Virus record (IMG/VR): IMGVR_UViG_3300043446_000626
Span: 1 to 52,333 of that record
Length of the DNA stretch: 52,333 bases
Direction: 5' to 3' (one strand)
Origin: a virus
Lineage: Duplodnaviria > Caudoviricetes
The notes beneath the pieces were generated by a model that worked only from the letters and a program-made list of their open reading frames with translations, did not search any database and was not told the origin of the DNA. Below are positions 48,818 to 52,333 of the stretch, piece by piece. A program made the translations under genes and the position numbers. Numbering within the stretch: the first letter of the stretch is position 1; each line of letters begins with the position of its first letter.

Positions 48818-49482
48818 CGGAGAAATGTCATGTTCATAACTGCACTCAGCCTGCAATTGCCAAAGGCTTATGCCGCAAGCATTACATGCGGGTGCAGCGT
48901 CACGGAGATGTTGGTGAAAGTCGTCCAGATGATTGGGGGAAGCGCGAAAAGCATCCGGCTTACAAGTCGTGGTGTGGATTGCGTCGATACCATCGCCTGG
49001 ACATGCAAGAGTCTTGGCGGGAAGATTTTTGGGCATTTGTCAAAGATGTTCCAAAGAGGCCCGAAAAAGCAATTGCATGGAGACCTGAGCCAACAAAGCC
49101 TTGGGGCAAAGACAACTTTTATTGGAAAGAAAACAGGGCTTGCTCTGAAGACTACAAAGAGTACATGCGTGAGTGGCATCGTAAATCGCGTGCCGCAAAC
49201 CCGGACTACTATTTGGCGCAAGACCTTCGCAGAAATTACGGCGTCACTCTTGAGTGGTACCGTGAGCAACTTTCCAAGCAAAACAATGTCTGCGCTATCT
49301 GCAAGCAGCCCGAAACGGCTGTCATTCGCGGCAAGGTGATTGCAATGCCAGTCGATCACGATCACACTACAGGCAAGGCAAGAGGATTGCTTTGCACCAA
49401 GTGCAACCGTGGTCTTGGCTTGTTCCGAGACAACACTGACTTTCTCAAAGCGGCCATTTCATACCTGAACTCCACTTTTTAA
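48814..49482 (+). CDS. Endonuclease VII-family (His-Me finger) free-standing homing endonuclease
   Basis: YGVTLEWY..CAICKQ..VDHDHTTGKARGLLCTKCNRGLG; N-terminal C..C..GLCRKHY finger; AT-richer than flanks. Confidence 0.85.
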   Translation: MPEKCHVHNCTQPAIAKGLCRKHYMRVQRHGDVGESRPDDWGKREKHPAYKSWCGLRRYHRLDMQESWREDFWAFVKDVPKRPEKAIAWRPEPTKPWGKDNFYWKENRACSEDYKEYMREWHRKSRAANPDYYLAQDLRRNYGVTLEWYREQLSKQNNVCAICKQPETAVIRGKVIAMPVDHDHTTGKARGLLCTKCNRGLGLFRDNTDFLKAAISYLNSTF

Positions 49483-49493
49483 GGAGAAAGACA

Positions 49494-49943
49494 ATGGCAC
49501 AAACGTATATTGGCTCGACGCTTCGCACCGGCTCCGGCACTCTGACGGATACCGTCGATGGCGGTTTTGTCCTTACGGCGCAGACCACCACGGTGACCAC
49601 GGTCTCCGCGGGAACTGCCGTCACGAGCAGCGTTACCCTTCCGTCCGGCTCGCAGATCATCAACATCTTCATCGATCAAATGGTGGATGAGGTTGTTGGT
49701 GGTGGTTCCGCTACGGCGATCAACGCAACGGTTGGCACCGCGGCGGCAGGCACTCAATATGTGTCTGCTACCAACGTCATTTCCGGTGGCCGCGCTTCTA
49801 TCACCTTCACGACTGCCCAACTTCTGGCCATGAGTGACATTGGCGCCAATACTGGCGTTTATTTCACGATTGCCCCGAACGGCACTATCAGCACCACTCA
49901 GGGTGTGTACCGCTTCACGGTGGTGTACGCCCAGAAGGTCTAA
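49494..49943 (+). CDS. Virion structural protein (post-capsid)
   Basis: Thr-rich beta protein; TLPSGSQII; SD AAGGAG. Confidence 0.65.
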   Translation: MAQTYIGSTLRTGSGTLTDTVDGGFVLTAQTTTVTTVSAGTAVTSSVTLPSGSQIINIFIDQMVDEVVGGGSATAINATVGTAAAGTQYVSATNVISGGRASITFTTAQLLAMSDIGANTGVYFTIAPNGTISTTQGVYRFTVVYAQKV

Positions 49944-49952
49944 GGAGGCATC

Positions 49953-51059
49953 ATGGGCCAATTCAAACCGATGGTCAAAATGATGACCACCGAGCCCTCT
50001 ATTGAGTTGAAACTCAAGAAGGGTGGCGCTGTTTCTCATCCTAAAAAGATGATGAACGGCGGCGTCATGAGTGGTCTGGCTGCGGCTCCGTCTGCAGCAC
50101 CTGCTCGTGGCGGTATGGCGCCCGCTCGTCGTCCTGCCGCTCCGTCTATGGCTGCTCGTCGGGCCGCCATGATGGGTCGTCCGATGATGAAGGAGGGTGG
50201 CGAAACTCCGAAGGAGCACAAGGCTGAGATGAAGGCCCTCAAGGGTCTGAAGTCTGAGTTGAAGTCTCACGAGGGCAAGCCTGCCTCCAAGGCCCACAAG
50301 GGTCTTGCAACGGGCGGCGTGGTCATGGGCCAAGGCGGCTTCAAAAAGGGTGGCAAGGTCAAGATGGCCGAGGGTGGCGTTCCCAAGAGCGGCATCCTGC
50401 CTGTGGCTGAGTCTGAGCGCGGTGGTGGCAAGTATGTCTCCACCAAGATGAACACGGCTGAAGGCGAGCACCACACTCCCAAGAAGACCGGCGAGGTCAA
50501 GATGGGCAATGCCGGTGGCTACAAGAAGGGCGGCAAGGCTTGCTATGCCAAGGGCGGCGGCGTGGAGGGTAATGTCTCCACGACTCCTCCCGGCGTGACC
50601 AACACCACCACTGGTGAGGTTCGCAAAGGCAATGCGGGTGGCTTCAAGAAAGGCGGCTCCGCAAAAAAAGCCTTCGCGGCGGGGGGCAGTGTTAACGACT
50701 CTGGTCGTCCCGTCGCGTACCCGGCCAAGCCCGTCTCTAAGTCGGTGAAGAACAATCTCCAGTCGGGGACGTTCAAGAAGGGCGGCTCGATCAAGATGAA
50801 CAAAGGCGGCATCCCCGCCGAGGCTCAATCTGCGATCAAGCAAGCCGATGCTGAACGCGCCTACCGCGACTACGAGAAGGCCGAGGAAGCCGAGAACAAG
50901 GCAATGCGTGACTCCATCCTTGGAGCCCCAAAGCGGATGTTTGAGGCTGCCAAGGGTCTGTTCTCCGGCAAGGAGGCTCCTTCGGGAAGTGTGACCAAGA
51001 CTGAAAAGTCTGTAACTGTCACCCCTTCCAAGAAGCGGGGCGGATCGGTAAAGTGCTGA
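49953..51059 (+). CDS. Basic low-complexity protein with about 13 xxxGG motif repeats
   Basis: FKKGG, YKKGG, MAEGG, YAKGG, FAAGG etc.; SD AAGGAGG. Confidence 0.75.
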   Translation: MGQFKPMVKMMTTEPSIELKLKKGGAVSHPKKMMNGGVMSGLAAAPSAAPARGGMAPARRPAAPSMAARRAAMMGRPMMKEGGETPKEHKAEMKALKGLKSELKSHEGKPASKAHKGLATGGVVMGQGGFKKGGKVKMAEGGVPKSGILPVAESERGGGKYVSTKMNTAEGEHHTPKKTGEVKMGNAGGYKKGGKACYAKGGGVEGNVSTTPPGVTNTTTGEVRKGNAGGFKKGGSAKKAFAAGGSVNDSGRPVAYPAKPVSKSVKNNLQSGTFKKGGSIKMNKGGIPAEAQSAIKQADAERAYRDYEKAEEAENKAMRDSILGAPKRMFEAAKGLFSGKEAPSGSVTKTEKSVTVTPSKKRGGSVKC

Positions 51060-51063
51060 AAAC

Positions 51064-51092
51064 GAGCGGGGGCTTCGGCCCTCGCTTTCTTT
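51064..51092 (+). terminator. Probable intrinsic terminator
   Basis: GAGCGGGGGC-TTCG-GCCCTCGCTT followed by TCTTT. Confidence 0.65.
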
Positions 51093-51103
51093 GGAGATTT
51101 TGA

Positions 51104-51856
51104 ATGGGAACCTACTCCTCCGCCACTCGGCAGGGCGCTTATGAGCCGTTTGACCTTCAGGTCTCTCGCAATCAAGTTGACGGCCATACCGGCATAGAAA
51201 TTTTTGGTTACACGCCCAACATCGCAAACACTGCTTTTGGTCCTATGTGGGAAGGCCAAACGCAATCGGGCGGTTTGTACACCCCCCCTTCTTCGGCTGC
51301 GCCTTTGGTGTTGGTCAGTAGTTCCGCATCCGACACCACTGCATTGAGTGTGCGGATTGAAGGTTGTGGCGCCGGATTTGCGCCACTGTCTGAGACCATC
51401 GCCCTCAATGGCACGACCAACGTCACCACCACAAATTCGTTTCTTCGCATCAACACAATGTATGTGACCAACGGAACGAATGTTGGCACGATTACGGCGA
51501 AGATCAGTTCGACGACTTATGCACAGATTAACCCCGGTGTTGGTCAGACGCAGATGTCGATTTACACCGTTCCGGCGGGGTACACATTTTACTTGTCGTA
51601 CACCCAATACGATGCCGCCATTGGGTTTACATCTAGCGCATATATGACGGCCCAAGAGTACAACAAGGACAATGTGTCAGGCGCGATCACAGTGACGCAT
51701 CAGACCGTGTTTGTGCAAAAGCAAGAGACTCCGTTCACTGCGCCAATTGCTCACACCGAAAAAACTGACATTCAGTTTTGCGTGAAGTCCAGTTCTGGTG
51801 GCCCATTGACTTGCAGTATGTATGCCGGTGGAATTCTGATCAAAAACCCGGATTGA
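51104..51856 (+). CDS. Putative virion structural protein
   Basis: LVSSSASDT, ETIALNGTT, QTQMSIYTVPAGYT motifs; SD GGAG. Confidence 0.65.
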   Translation: MGTYSSATRQGAYEPFDLQVSRNQVDGHTGIEIFGYTPNIANTAFGPMWEGQTQSGGLYTPPSSAAPLVLVSSSASDTTALSVRIEGCGAGFAPLSETIALNGTTNVTTTNSFLRINTMYVTNGTNVGTITAKISSTTYAQINPGVGQTQMSIYTVPAGYTFYLSYTQYDAAIGFTSSAYMTAQEYNKDNVSGAITVTHQTVFVQKQETPFTAPIAHTEKTDIQFCVKSSSGGPLTCSMYAGGILIKNPD

Positions 51857-51858
51857 TC

Positions 51859-52263
51859 ATGCCTGCCAAGTCAAAAGCCCAGTTCAGGCTAATGAAGGCG
51901 GCGGAGCACAACCCCGAGTTCGCCAAAAAGGTCGGCATTAGCCCGAAAGTTGCTGCTGAGTACACGCAGTCCAACGTGAAAGGACGTTCTTATGGTCACC
52001 TCCCTGTTACAAAGGCTGAAGGCGGCCCTTCTCTCTCTGTGGGAAAAGGTGAAAAACTTCCGGTCTCGCAAGGCGCAGGACTGACTCAGAAGGGTCGGGA
52101 CAAAATAAACCGCGAGACAGGCAGCAATTTGAAGGCTCCGCAGCCCCAAGGAGGACCTCGGAAGGACTCTTTCTGCGCCCGGATGCGTCCGATTGCCGAG
52201 AAAAGTGAGCCTGGAAGCCGCGCAAGGGCTTCAATGAAGCGTTGGAAGTGCTCAGGCTTCTGA
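51859..52263 (+). CDS. Basic hypothetical protein (RKDSFCARM motif)
   Basis: MPAKSKAQFRLMKAAEHNPEFAKKVGI..GLTQKGR..RKDSFCARM; runs into the circular overlap. Confidence 0.7.
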   Translation: MPAKSKAQFRLMKAAEHNPEFAKKVGISPKVAAEYTQSNVKGRSYGHLPVTKAEGGPSLSVGKGEKLPVSQGAGLTQKGRDKINRETGSNLKAPQPQGGPRKDSFCARMRPIAEKSEPGSRARASMKRWKCSGF

Positions 52264-52333
52264 AGGAGATCAAATGTCCTACTCAGACACCTACGGACAG
52301 GTCTTCAATGTCCAGACGCTGATCGACCATGCC

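Noticed and set aside
52207-52333. Terminal direct repeat as a biological DTR
   Set aside because: Exactly 127 nt, a common assembler k-mer length, and it cuts through coding sequence; best explained as circular contig overlap

Overview
The window is the apparently complete, circular genome (52,206 bp unique; the last 127 nt repeat the first 127 nt) of a tailed dsDNA phage with podovirus-like architecture. The gene content resembles uncultured freshwater phages; a betaproteobacterial host is my inference only. The long + strand late region runs TerS, TerL, a large PcfJ-like protein, portal, GroES, scaffold, capsid, tail, lysis and ejection genes, wrapping through the window ends to a terminator at about 23.07 kb. 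A short leftward early operon (SSB-like, PD-(D/E)XK nuclease) diverges from a Cro-like gene, which is followed by a DUF1376/YdaU-type replication initiator and small accessory genes. I saw no integrase, CI repressor, DNA polymerase, CRISPR array or canonical tRNA. Most notable: (1) a TerL intein whose HNH endonuclease is a separate nested gene in another reading frame, with its own promoter and an RBS-sequestering hairpin; (2) a tRNA-shaped kissing-loop RNA that overlaps a competing hairpin upstream of terS; (3) a [FYML]xxGG motif shared by four late proteins; (4) repeated promoter/operator cassettes and a GGTAACTG RBS motif; (5) a secreted six-cysteine micro-protein. All family names are recognised from motifs by eye; no database searches were run.
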